Assembly (NCBI GenBank): GCA_963758635.1
Contig: CAVWWD010000007.1
Span: 320,001-384,000, forward strand
From: an uncultured Candidatus Rokubacteria bacterium
Lineage (GTDB): Bacteria > Methylomirabilota > Methylomirabilia > Rokubacteriales > CSP1-6
DNA length: 64,000 bases
Reading direction: 5' to 3'
Position numbers and translations under genes: made by a program. Below the pieces are notes generated by a model that saw only the letters and a list, made by a program, of their open reading frames with translations, did no database searches and was not told the DNA's origin. Positions 1-8,840 of the stretch are shown here, in pieces. Numbering within the stretch: position 1 is the stretch's first letter; each line of letters opens with the position of its first letter.

Positions 1-328
1 GCGCCAGCCCTACATGACCATCAACAGGGATACCTACGTGCACGACGTGTTCGCCGAGTGCGGCGCCGACAACGTCTTCGCGGAGCGCGCCGAGCGATAC
101 CCGGTGGTGGAGCTGTCGGCGGTGGCCGCGGCGGCCCCGGACGTGATCGTTCTCCCGGATGAGCCCTACCGCTTCCGCCGCGCGCACCTCGCCGACTTCG
201 CGCCGCACGCGGCGATCCCTGCGATCAGGGACGGCCGCGTGCACTTCGTCGACGGCAAGCTCCTCACCTGGTACGGCCCGCGGATCGCCGAGGCCCTCCG
301 GGCGCTGCCCCCGCTCTTCCGGAGCTGA
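1..328 (+). CDS. Cobalamin/Fe-siderophore-type periplasmic binding protein (BtuF-like helical-backbone receptor), 5' truncated by window edge
   Basis: C-terminal motifs 'PYMTINRDTYVHD', 'PDVIVLPDEPYRF', 'VDGKLLTWYGPR' typical of the family. Confidence 0.75.
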   Translation, partial: RQPYMTINRDTYVHDVFAECGADNVFAERAERYPVVELSAVAAAAPDVIVLPDEPYRFRRAHLADFAPHAAIPAIRDGRVHFVDGKLLTWYGPRIAEALRALPPLFRS

Positions 329-343
329 GCTGGCGCGCCGGCT

Positions 344-805
344 CTACTCGACCTCCAGGATCATCTCGATCTCGACGGGAATGCCGGACGGCAGCTCGGC
401 CATGCCCACCGCGGAGCGCGCGTGCCGGCCGTTCTCGCCGAAGACCGAGACCATGAGGTCGGAGAAGCCGTTCATGACCTTGGGCTGGTCGCCGAAGCCG
501 TCCGCGGAGTTCACCATGCCGAGGACCTTCACCACGCGCTTCACGCGGTCGAGGCTCCCGAGGAGCGCGCGCGTGGAGCCGAGCAGGTTGATGCCGACCT
601 CGCGCGCCGCCTTGTACCCGTCGTCGGTCGAGAGGTCGCGGCCGAGCTTGCCGCGCGGCATCGGCGTGCCCTCGGTGCGGATGGGGCCGTGCCCGGACAG
701 GAACAGCAGGTTGCCCACGCGGACGCCGGGCACGTAGTTGCCCATCGGGGTGGGCGGCGGGGGCAGCGTGATGCCGAGCTCCTTGATCTTCGCTTCCGCG
801 CTCAT
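344..805 (-). CDS. RidA/YjgF/UK114 family protein
   Basis: 'GNLLFLSGHGP', 'NGFSDLMVSVFGENGRHARSAVG...LP...VEIE'; start MSAEAKIKELG. Confidence 0.9.
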   Translation of the reverse strand: MSAEAKIKELGITLPPPPTPMGNYVPGVRVGNLLFLSGHGPIRTEGTPMPRGKLGRDLSTDDGYKAAREVGINLLGSTRALLGSLDRVKRVVKVLGMVNSADGFGDQPKVMNGFSDLMVSVFGENGRHARSAVGMAELPSGIPVEIEMILEVE

Positions 806-830
806 GGTGGTGCGGCTCCTCACGGCGGAC

Positions 831-1060
831 ATGGAAGTGCGAAGCGAGCCGTAGGCGAGCGGAGCGCATATGGAAATGCAGTGGAACTAACCGCAGCCCG
901 TGGTTTAAGCGGAGCGCATATGGAAAGGGCAGTGGAACCACCCGCAGCCCGTGATTTGCCGAGCGCTGGAAATGCAGTGGAACCACCGCCGCCCGTGATT
1001 TGCCGGCAGCCCGTGGTTTGCCAAGCGCATAGGGGAAAGCAGTGGAACACCGCAGACGGT
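831..1060 (+). repeat. Degenerate tandem array of repeat family A (about 50-bp unit, 4 units plus 1 partial)
   Basis: Units at about 858-907, 908-960, 961-1004, partial 1005-1022 and 1023-1060; core GCGCATATGGAAA..GCAGTGGAAC..CCGCAGCCCGTG. Confidence 0.85.
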
Positions 1061-1096
1061 AGTGGCTCGCCGTACGCGGCGAGCCCGCAGGCCCGC

Positions 1097-1396
1097 TTAC
1101 CGCTGGAAGGCCCAGTCGCCCGGGCCGGGTCCCACGAAGAAGAACGCGGGGCCGTCCTTGTCGGTGCGCCAGACGATCGCATCGACGTCGAGGGGACGGC
1201 CATGGGGCGGCCGGAACTTGAGACGGGCGGTGCTGCCGAGCGTCAGCGGCTCGTCGAGCTGGATCTTGGCGCCGACCGGGCTGAGGTTCACGGTCTGACG
1301 ATCGTAGGTGCGCCCACCAGATTCCACGGTGACGGGCCACGTGACGCTGGACCTCGGATGTCTCCGCAGATCCGCTTCAGCCGCGTCCAGACTCAT
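1097..1396 (-). CDS. Stand-alone PilZ domain protein (c-di-GMP receptor)
   Basis: RxxxR ('RRHPR') and (D/N)xSxxG ('NLSPVG') motifs, 99 aa; GGAGG RBS upstream. Confidence 0.8.
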   Translation of the reverse strand: MSLDAAEADLRRHPRSSVTWPVTVESGGRTYDRQTVNLSPVGAKIQLDEPLTLGSTARLKFRPPHGRPLDVDAIVWRTDKDGPAFFFVGPGPGDWAFQR

Positions 1397-1711
1397 CTGT
1401 CACCTCCGGGGTTCGCCCGCTCATCCGCGTCGTGGGCGAGCGGGCCTCATCACACGATCGCGGGACTAAAGTGGCAAGATCGCTCAACGATGTCAAGAAC
1501 CTTCGTACACTTATGGCCTGTTTTTCCGCCAGTTTCTGACCGGGACGCCCCCGCTCGAGTGGCGCGTCCGCCGCGCAAAGGTTGTAGGGGTTTTGCATGT
1601 ACGCCGGGAAAGTACTTGATTCGGCGCGCATCGAGCGCAGGGGGCAAAATCTCCCCAAGGCCTCAGCTTGGAGGCCGGCCGAGCCCTGTGACAGAATGGC
1701 GAAGCGCCTCC

Positions 1712-2509
1712 ATGAGCTCGCCCGTCACGCCCTCTCCCGCCGCCACGCTGGTCCTGCTGCGCGATCGGCCGGGCGCGCGCATCGAGACGCTCCTGATCCA
1801 GCGCCACTCCCGGAGCAAGTTCGCGGCGGGCGATCACGTCTTCGCCGGAGGCAAGATCGAGACGGACGACGTGCCGCCCGATGCCGAGCGCTTCTGCGTG
1901 GGGCTCCGGCCCGCCGACGCGGCCGCGCGTCTGGGTGGCACCCTCGGTCCGCGCGAGGCGCTCGGCTACTGGGTGGGCGCCATTCGCGAGGCGTTCGAGG
2001 AGGTGGGGCTGCTGCTCGCCTATACCGGCCCCGGCCGCCTCGTCCGCTTCGACGCCGACAATCGTGAGCGGTTCGCCGCGCACCGCACGGCGTGCCAGCG
2101 GTCGAACCAGGCGTTCTTCGAGATGCTCCGCGCCGAGTCCCTCACGCTCGCCACCGACCGCCTCGCCTACTTCGCGCACTGGATCACGCCGGAGGAGAAC
2201 CCGATCCGCTTCGACACACGGTTCTTCGCCGCGGAGGCCCCCACCGGCCAGGAAGCGGAGGCGGACGGGACCGAGATCGTCGGCACGCGCTGGCTGACCC
2301 CGGACGAGGCCTTCCAGGCCCTGGCCCGGAAGGAGATCTCGCTCCGCACGCCCACGCAGAAGAACCTCCAGCTCCTCACGGGCGCGGGATCGGCGGCCGA
2401 CCTGGTCGCGCGGCTCCGCGAGCGCACCGTCTCCACCATCCGCCCGCGCGTCCTCACCGTCGACGGCAAGCCCGTTCCCGTCTTGCCGGGCGACCCGCGC
2501 TGGTACTGA
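1712..2509 (+). CDS. NUDIX hydrolase (NUDT19-like)
   Basis: 'PAATLVLLRD', 'HVFAGGKIE', 'AIREAFEEVG', 'HWITPEENPIRFDTRFF'. Confidence 0.85.
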   Translation: MSSPVTPSPAATLVLLRDRPGARIETLLIQRHSRSKFAAGDHVFAGGKIETDDVPPDAERFCVGLRPADAAARLGGTLGPREALGYWVGAIREAFEEVGLLLAYTGPGRLVRFDADNRERFAAHRTACQRSNQAFFEMLRAESLTLATDRLAYFAHWITPEENPIRFDTRFFAAEAPTGQEAEADGTEIVGTRWLTPDEAFQALARKEISLRTPTQKNLQLLTGAGSAADLVARLRERTVSTIRPRVLTVDGKPVPVLPGDPRWY

Positions 2510-2554
2510 TCTCTCGCCCCGGCTCGGGGTGTCCTTCCGCCCGATCTCCCTCGC

Positions 2555-3061
2555 TCAGCCCGCGTCGTCGAACGCAGCCTCGTAGCGGACCAGGCCGCGC
2601 GCGCCGCCGAGGGCGCCCGCCTCGAGCTCCGTCACCATGAAGACCTCGGGCGGCACCGGCCAGCGGCAGGAGAGCCCACGCGGCGCGGCGGGGACGAAGC
2701 CGAAGCGCGGGTAGTAGTCCGGATGCCCGAGGACGACGACCACGCGGCGTCCCATCCGGCGGCACGCCTCGAGGCCCGCGCGCACGAGATCGCCGCCAAC
2801 GCCGGCGCGCTGATGCGCGGGCGCGACGGCCATGGGGCCGAGCGCCATGGCGCGGGGCGCCGAGCCGGGCGATCCGATCTCGACGGGGCTGAAGAGAATG
2901 TGGCCGACGACGCCGTCCTCGGCGACGGCCACGAGGGACACCAGCGGCGACACGCGGGCGCGGAGGCGCTCGACGAGGTCCGCCTCGGCCGGGCGCCCGA
3001 AGGCGGCGGCGACGACGGCCCGGACGGCGCGCTCGTCGCCAGCCGCCTCGGGCCGGATCAC
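2555..3061 (-). CDS. GNAT family N-acetyltransferase (YhbS-like)
   Basis: 'VVGHILFSPV', 'LGPMAVAPAHQRAGVG', 'VLGHPDYYPRFGF'; GTG start overlaps the upstream TGA. Confidence 0.9.
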   Translation of the reverse strand: MIRPEAAGDERAVRAVVAAAFGRPAEADLVERLRARVSPLVSLVAVAEDGVVGHILFSPVEIGSPGSAPRAMALGPMAVAPAHQRAGVGGDLVRAGLEACRRMGRRVVVVLGHPDYYPRFGFVPAAPRGLSCRWPVPPEVFMVTELEAGALGGARGLVRYEAAFDDAG

Positions 3062-4086
3062 GGCACGAGGACGATCTTCCCGAACTGCTTGCCCTCCGCG
3101 AGCTTCTGCTGGGCGGCGACGCCCTCGGCCAGCGGCATCACCGAGTCCACGATGCCGCGGAGCCGGCCGCGGAAGAGCTGGGACATCACGGTGGCGAACT
3201 CCGCGTTGGTGGCCATGGTCGATCCGATGATGGAGATCTGCTTCCAGAAGACCTGGCGCACGTCGGTCTCGCAGATGGGCCCCGACGTGCCGCCGCAGGT
3301 GACGAGGCGGCCGCCCTTGGCGAGCGAGCGGATCGACCCCGGCCACGTGGCCGCGCCCACGTTCTCCAGCACCACGTCGACGCCCCGCCGCCCCGTCTTC
3401 TGGCCGATGGCGCGGACCCAGTCCTCCTTCGCGTAGTTGATGCCCTCGTCGGCGCCCAGCTCGCGCGCGCGGGCGAGCTTGTCGTCGCTGGACGACGTCA
3501 CCCACACGCGGGCCCCGCAGAGCTTGCCGATCTGCACCGCCGTCGACGAGACGCCGCCGCCGACCCCGATGATCAGCAGGTCCTCGCCCGCCCGCAGGCG
3601 CGCCTGCGTCACGAGCATGCGCCACGCCGTCATGTCGACGAGGATGAAGGCCGCCGCCTCCTCGAAGCCGAGGCCGTCGGGCAGGGGGACCACCTTGTCG
3701 GCGGCGACCTTGACGTACTCCGCGAGGCCGCCATGGGCGTGCTCGCCGAGGATCCCGTACTGGAGGCAGAGGCTCGTCTCGCCCTTCGTGCAGAACTCGC
3801 AGCGGCCGCAGTGGAGGTTCGGGTTCACCGCCACCCGCTCGCCGACCGTCCGGCCCGTCACGCCCGCGCCGACCGCCGCGATCTCGCCCGCGATGTCGCA
3901 GCCGGACCAGAACGGGAGCGGCAGCTTGAGCCCGGGGAGCCCCTCGCGGACGAAGAGGTCCAGGTGGTTGAGCGCGCACGCCCGGACCTTCACGAGGACG
4001 TCGCCGTCGCCGATCTTGGGATCGGGCACGTCCATGTAGCGCAGCGTGTCGAGCCCGCCATGCTCGGAGAACGCGAGAGCCTTCAT
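3058..4086 (-). CDS. Zinc-binding alcohol dehydrogenase / MDR family oxidoreductase
   Basis: 'ACALNHLD', structural Zn site 'CGRCEFC..G....C', 'GVGGGV', 'FGKIVLVP'. Confidence 0.9.
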   Translation of the reverse strand: MKALAFSEHGGLDTLRYMDVPDPKIGDGDVLVKVRACALNHLDLFVREGLPGLKLPLPFWSGCDIAGEIAAVGAGVTGRTVGERVAVNPNLHCGRCEFCTKGETSLCLQYGILGEHAHGGLAEYVKVAADKVVPLPDGLGFEEAAAFILVDMTAWRMLVTQARLRAGEDLLIIGVGGGVSSTAVQIGKLCGARVWVTSSSDDKLARARELGADEGINYAKEDWVRAIGQKTGRRGVDVVLENVGAATWPGSIRSLAKGGRLVTCGGTSGPICETDVRQVFWKQISIIGSTMATNAEFATVMSQLFRGRLRGIVDSVMPLAEGVAAQQKLAEGKQFGKIVLVP

Positions 4087-4092
4087 GGGCCG

Positions 4093-4902
4093 CTACCTCC
4101 CTCCGTAGTCGGCGCGCCGGCGCTCGGCCGCCGCGCGCATGCCGGCCTTGCGGTCCTCGGACAGGAGCACGCCGGCGGCGGAGTCGGCCTCGAGGGCGAG
4201 CCAGGCGTCGCGGTCGCGCCAGTAGGTGCCGTTGATCGACCGCTTGGCCGCCTGCACGGCGAGCGGCGCGTTGGCCGCGATCTCCTCGGCCAGCTCGGCG
4301 GCGCGGGCGGGGAGCTCGCCGGCGGGGTGGACGGCGTTGACGAGGCCGATGCGGAGGGCCTCGGCGGCGTCGATGCGCCGCGCGGAATAGATCAGCTCCT
4401 TGGCCTTGCCGATGCCGATGGTGCGGGGCAGCCGCTGCGTGCCGCCCATGTCGGGGACGATCCCGATCTGGACCTCGGGGATCGAGAACACGGTGCCCTC
4501 GGCGGCGAGGCGCACGTCGCAGCAGAGCGCCAGCTCCATGCCGCCGCCCACGCAGACGCGCTGGATGGCGGCGATGACGGGCACGCGGCAGGACTCCAGA
4601 CGCGAGAAGCACGCCTGCAGGTGAGCGAGGTGCCGGCGGACGAGGGGCAACGCGCGCGCGGGCGACTCGTCGAGGCCGAGGCCGGACAGCGTCGAGCCCG
4701 CCTTCACGTCGAGGCCGGCGCAGAAGGCGCCGCCGGCGCCGGTGAGGATGGCCACCCGCACATCGGGCGCGTCGTCCACGGCCTCGGCGGCGGCCTGGAG
4801 CCCGTGCCACATCTCCACGTCGAGCGCGTTGAGGCGCTCGGGCTTGTTGAGCGTGATGGTGGCCACGGGGCCCTTGAGGTCGAGTTGGACCTTGGCGGTC
4901 AT
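4093..4902 (-). CDS. Enoyl-CoA hydratase/isomerase
   Basis: 'LNKPERLNAL', 'AFCAGLD', 'GGGMELALCCDVR', 'IPEVQIGIVPDMGGTQRL'. Confidence 0.92.
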   Translation of the reverse strand: MTAKVQLDLKGPVATITLNKPERLNALDVEMWHGLQAAAEAVDDAPDVRVAILTGAGGAFCAGLDVKAGSTLSGLGLDESPARALPLVRRHLAHLQACFSRLESCRVPVIAAIQRVCVGGGMELALCCDVRLAAEGTVFSIPEVQIGIVPDMGGTQRLPRTIGIGKAKELIYSARRIDAAEALRIGLVNAVHPAGELPARAAELAEEIAANAPLAVQAAKRSINGTYWRDRDAWLALEADSAAGVLLSEDRKAGMRAAAERRRADYGGR

Positions 4903-4928
4903 CGGGCTCCTCACGCGGGGTCTCGGTG

Positions 4929-6038
4929 TCATGGTCGGTCGTTCCGCTGTTTCCACTGCTTTCCATATTCGCTCGCCTCGCCTTCGGCTCGGCTCGCAAA
5001 GCCACGCTCGCGCCCGCCGGGTTGGCCGTTCATGCGCGCGATCAGCGCGGGGAGGCGGGGGTCGTCCTGGCCGGGCTGGTAGGGCTGGTAGAGGCCGGTG
5101 CGGTCGAGGAGGCCGTCGTAGCGCTCCTGGAGCCGATCGGCCAGGGTGTCGTAGGTGGCGGTCACCGCGTAGGTGTCGAGCATCTCGTCGGTGATGAGGT
5201 CGGCCATGCCCGACCAGTCGCCCTCGACCGACTTGCGGTGGAGCCGGGTCGTGACCTCTTCCCAGCCGTGGCAGGCGAGCACGGGCTGATACGTGCGCGT
5301 GGAGCCGTAGAAGGCGATCTGCTGCTTGACCATGCGCGCCTGGCGCTCCCGCTCCGCGGGCGTGTCGCCCACCACCACGAAGCTCGACGTGGCGAACGTG
5401 AAGTCCGCGCGCGAGCGGCCCGACCGGCGCAGGCCCTCCTCGACGGCAGGGTGCACCACCTCGCGCAGGTACTTCGGGCTGTTGAACGGATGCACGTGGA
5501 GGCCGTCGCACAGCTCGCCCGCCACCCGGCACATGTACGGGTTCACCGCCGCGATGTAGATGGGGATGCGCGGATGGTCGATGGGGCCGGGGTTGAAGAA
5601 CGGCGTCATGACGTCGAACGTGTAGAACTGCCCCTTCACGTCGAGCTTGGCGCCGGTCTGCCAGCAGCTCCAGATGGCGCGGATGGCCCGGATGGCCTCG
5701 GCCATCTTCGGCCCCGGGGACTCGAACTTCACGGAGAACCGGCGCTCGTTGTGGGCCTTCACCTGGGTGCCGAGCCCGAGGATGAAGCGGCCGCCCGAGG
5801 CCTTCTGGAGGTCCCACGCGATGTGCGCGGTGATCATGGGGCTGCGCGAGAACACCGTGGCGATGTTCGTGCCGAGCTTGATCGAGGACGTGGTGCTCGC
5901 GGCCACGGCCAGGGGCAGGTAGGGATCGTGCTGGGTCTCCGACGACCAGAGGCAGTCGTAGCCCATGGCCTCGACCTTGCGCGCGTAGTCCGGGATCGAC
6001 TTGAGGTCGTGGGTGAGCATGCCGACGTCGAGCTTCAC
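4929..6038 (-). CDS. LLM-class (probable F420-dependent, TIGR03617-like) oxidoreductase
   Basis: 'SETQHDPYLPL', 'GRFILGLGTQVKAHNERRFS', 'GLHVHPFNSP'; GTG start after GGAG. Confidence 0.85.
   Translation of the reverse strand: MKLDVGMLTHDLKSIPDYARKVEAMGYDCLWSSETQHDPYLPLAVAASTTSSIKLGTNIATVFSRSPMITAHIAWDLQKASGGRFILGLGTQVKAHNERRFSVKFESPGPKMAEAIRAIRAIWSCWQTGAKLDVKGQFYTFDVMTPFFNPGPIDHPRIPIYIAAVNPYMCRVAGELCDGLHVHPFNSPKYLREVVHPAVEEGLRRSGRSRADFTFATSSFVVVGDTPAERERQARMVKQQIAFYGSTRTYQPVLACHGWEEVTTRLHRKSVEGDWSGMADLITDEMLDTYAVTATYDTLADRLQERYDGLLDRTGLYQPYQPGQDDPRLPALIARMNGQPGGRERGFASRAEGEASEYGKQWKQRNDRP
4944..4998 (-). repeat. Repeat family A copy inside the 3' end of the LLM CDS
   Basis: Reverse complement GCGAGCCGAGCCGAAGGCGAGGCGAGCGAATATGGAAAGCAGTGGAAAC resembles 841-890. 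Confidence 0.75.
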
Positions 6039-6128
6039 GGGCGCGGTCTCCTTTGGGCGGCGGAGTGGGGCGGCGCGTCGAGGATACGCGAGGGCAGCCC
6101 TCGCCGGCAACCGCGGGACAGCCTAGTC

Positions 6129-6204
6129 AGCCTCGCGCATCAGACTGATGCCGAGCGGTGGGATTGTAGAGGCCCGTGCTGGTTACCGTACCCTGCGAGG
6201 GTCA
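6129..6204 (-). repeat. Repeat family B, copy 1 (76 bp)
   Basis: Ungapped match to 31415-31490 (8 mismatches in 76) and to the reverse complement of 34979-35054. Confidence 0.9.
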
Positions 6205-7032
6205 TGAGCCGGCGGCGAGGCGGCGCGCCGCGTCCTCGGTGGCGGCGTCGGCGGGGAAGAAGCACTCCACCCGCAGCTCGTGCAGCGTGATGTCGTACGG
6301 CGTCCCGAGGCTGGCCAGCGTCGTGAAGAAGCTGAGCGCAACGTCGTCGCGAGAGAGCTCGATGGCGAGGAACGGCGACGTTGACGCGTCGAGATCGAGC
6401 GTGCGCCACTGGCGCGGCACGTCGGGGTACGACAGGAGCTCCTCGAGGAGCAGGCGCGTCTCGTCCGCGCCCGTGCGCAGGAGGTCCCGGTGCAGCCACT
6501 GGATGAGCGCGGCCGCGGTGGCCGCCCAGTTCACGATGTACGGGCGCAGGCCGTCGGGATGGTACGTGAGCCGCATCGCGTTCGGGATCCCGAGCGCGGC
6601 GGTGGCCGCGGGATCGAGGAAGAGGCCCATCACGCGGCCCGCGGCCTCGTTGGTCATGAGGATGTTCCAGTGACGGTCGAGGACGAGGGCGGGGTAGGGC
6701 TCCTGCTGGCGCAGCATGAAGTCCAGCGCGCGGCGCACCTGCGACATCTCGGGAGCGTCGAGGGGGCGCTCGCGGTACATCGGCGCGAAGCCCGCCGCGG
6801 TCAGGACCTCGTTCCGCGCCCGCGGCGGCACGTCGAGGACGCGGCACAGGAGGAGCGCCATCTCGCGGCTCGGACGGGCGCGCCCCGTCTCCAGGAACGA
6901 GAGGTGGCGCGCGGAGATCTCGGCCTCGAGCGACAGGTCGAGCTGGCTCATCCGGCGCCGCTCGCGCCACTGGCGGAGGAGCTGCCCGACGGCCCCGCCC
7001 GTCGTCCGCGTTTCGCCGCGCGCCCGCTGCAT
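6202..7032 (-). CDS. XRE-family HTH regulator with MmyB-like ligand-binding domain
   Basis: 'WRERRRMSQLDLSLEAEISARHLSFLETGRARPSR', 'EPYPALVLDRHWN', 'ELRVECFFPAD'. Confidence 0.9.
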   Translation of the reverse strand: MQRARGETRTTGGAVGQLLRQWRERRRMSQLDLSLEAEISARHLSFLETGRARPSREMALLLCRVLDVPPRARNEVLTAAGFAPMYRERPLDAPEMSQVRRALDFMLRQQEPYPALVLDRHWNILMTNEAAGRVMGLFLDPAATAALGIPNAMRLTYHPDGLRPYIVNWAATAAALIQWLHRDLLRTGADETRLLLEELLSYPDVPRQWRTLDLDASTSPFLAIELSRDDVALSFFTTLASLGTPYDITLHELRVECFFPADAATEDAARRLAAGS

Positions 7033-7180
7033 GGCGCGCAGTCTACACCTGCGCCCGCGCGCCGCCATTACCTCGGAGGTAGGCCGGCCCGCGCTTCCCT
7101 CAGAGGTCATTGAATTCGCCGCGGACCGGGGTCAGTATCTCGGCACAGCGTCGTCATCTCCACGCCGGAGGCGTTGATCC

Positions 7181-7585
7181 GTGAGCGTGCTCAACCCCGA
7201 CGAGATCACCCGGCTGCTCGAGGGCACACTGGGTGCCCTCCTCGGCATCCGATGCGTGGAGGCGACCCGTGAACGGGTGGTCGCCGAGCTGACGATCCGC
7301 GACGAGCTGCGCACCAACGGGGGCGCGCTCCACGGCGGGACGCTGATGGCCTTCGCCGACACGATGGGCGCGGTGGCCACCGTACTCAACCTGCCCGAGG
7401 GCGCCGGCACCACCACGCTCGAGTCGAAGACCAACTTCTTCGCGGCGGGCCGGAACGGGGTCGTGCGTGCGGAGTCGACGCCGCTCCACCGCGGCAAGCG
7501 GACCATGGTGTGGCAGACACGCCTCACCGACGAGTCCGGACGCCTGCTCTCGCTCACGATCCAGACGCAGATGGTGCTGGCCTGA
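7181..7585 (+). CDS. PaaI family (hotdog-fold) thioesterase
   Basis: 'LHGGTLMAFADTMGA', 'TTTLESKTNF', 'PLHRGKRTMVWQ'. Confidence 0.9.
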   Translation: MSVLNPDEITRLLEGTLGALLGIRCVEATRERVVAELTIRDELRTNGGALHGGTLMAFADTMGAVATVLNLPEGAGTTTLESKTNFFAAGRNGVVRAESTPLHRGKRTMVWQTRLTDESGRLLSLTIQTQMVLA

Positions 7586-7659
7586 CGAGAGAGCCCGCGA
7601 AGCCCGGGCGCCCGGCTCGCAAGGCGTGGGAGAGGACAACCGTCTTGCCGTTGCCCGAA

Positions 7660-8103
7660 AATCGCGGCAACTTTGGCGCCGCGAGCCGCCAGGAGCTCGA
7701 GGAGGTGACCGCCGTCCACGAGGGACACGCCACGGAGCTGGAGTCGGCGCGGCAGCGGCTGTTGCTCCTCGACCTCCGGCCCGAGCAGGTGCAGGCGCTG
7801 GGGAGCGCGAGCCAGGTGGTGTCGACGATCGTCGTGCCCGCGCCGATCGACGGCGTGATCACCGGCCGCACAGTCAATCTCGGCCAGGTCGTGAGCCTAG
7901 GACAGGAGCTCCTCGTTGTCACCGACCTCTCCGAGGTCTAGGTGGTCGGGGACCTCTACGAGCAGGACTTCGAGGCCGTCCAGGTCGGCTCGGAGGCGAC
8001 GATCACCGCGCCGGCGTACCCGGGCCTGACCCTGCGGGGGCGCGTGACCTATATCGACCCGCGCGTCGACGCCGAGAGCCTGCGGAACGCGCCGTCCGGG
8101 TAA
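7660..8103 (+). pseudogene. Internal fragment of an RND efflux periplasmic adaptor (CusB/CzcB-like) with in-frame TAG at 7939-7941
   Basis: 'APIDGVITGRTVNLGQVV...DLSEV*VVGDLYEQD...GRVTYIDPRVD'; lacks N- and C-termini and partner genes. Confidence 0.75.
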
Positions 8104-8190
8104 GTCGATGGCCACGGCCGGGATCGCGTCTCGGCTCCTGCTGTTGACGCTCCCGGCGTGACTTCGAGAGAGTCTGTCGGAGCCCTGCGC

Positions 8191-8812
8191 CTAGCTTGAG
8201 CTCCAGGAAAATGGCGCGAAGTGGCCGTTGTTCTTGCCCGTCGTATCGTCCCAATTGATCCCGAAGGCGTGCATGTGGCCCCGCGAGGCCTTCGCGAGCG
8301 CGAGGCGCGTCGCGGCGGGGTGCGCAACGTTGTCGAGATAGATCGGCTCGGTCGGACTCGCGCCTGGGATGCCCTCGACGGCGATGTCGAGCATGCCCGC
8401 GATCGACACCGCCCGGCGCATGCCGTCCCCGCTCGATGCGGATCGGCTTCGCCTCGACCCCGGCGAACGTGCCGACGAGCGGGCCGACGGCGGCCATGGG
8501 ACCGCCGCCCTGTCCGCTGCCAATCGCGGTCAGCGCCTCGCGCTGCGCCGGCGTCGCCCTGTCGTCCACGATCAGCCCGACTGTCCAGTTCCCGGCGATC
8601 ATCGGCCCCGGGGTGTGGAGCAGCACCGCGAAGCTCAGGCCGTCGAGCGCGGTCGAGCCGTACGAGCCGCGCTCGACGTGAAACACGAGGCCGGCGTCGC
8701 AATACCCCTGGGTCGGCCGCGCGGCGAGGCCCGAGGTGGGACACGGGCAAACGGAGTCACAGCTGCAAGCCTCGAAGTAGTCACCGCTGATCTTCCAGGT
8801 GGGACTCGCCAT
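8191..8812 (-). CDS. DUF1326 family protein (apparent +1 frameshift near 8430)
   Basis: 'GDYFEACSCDSVCPC...PTQGYC', then the other frame gives 'GINWDDTTGKNNGHFAPFSW'. Confidence 0.8.
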
Positions 8813-8840
8813 GACGATCCTCCTCTGTGACCGGGTGCAG

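Noticed and set aside
831..1060. Possible CRISPR array
   Set aside because: Units are degenerate and contiguous with no unique spacers; no cas genes in the window
1397..1711. c-di-GMP riboswitch upstream of the PilZ gene
   Set aside because: GCAAA/GGGACG-like words occur but not in the order, strand or pairing required
6129..6204. 76-nt family B repeat as a tRNA or tRNA relic
   Set aside because: No TTCGA T-loop, D-loop GG context or CCA end; no cloverleaf evident
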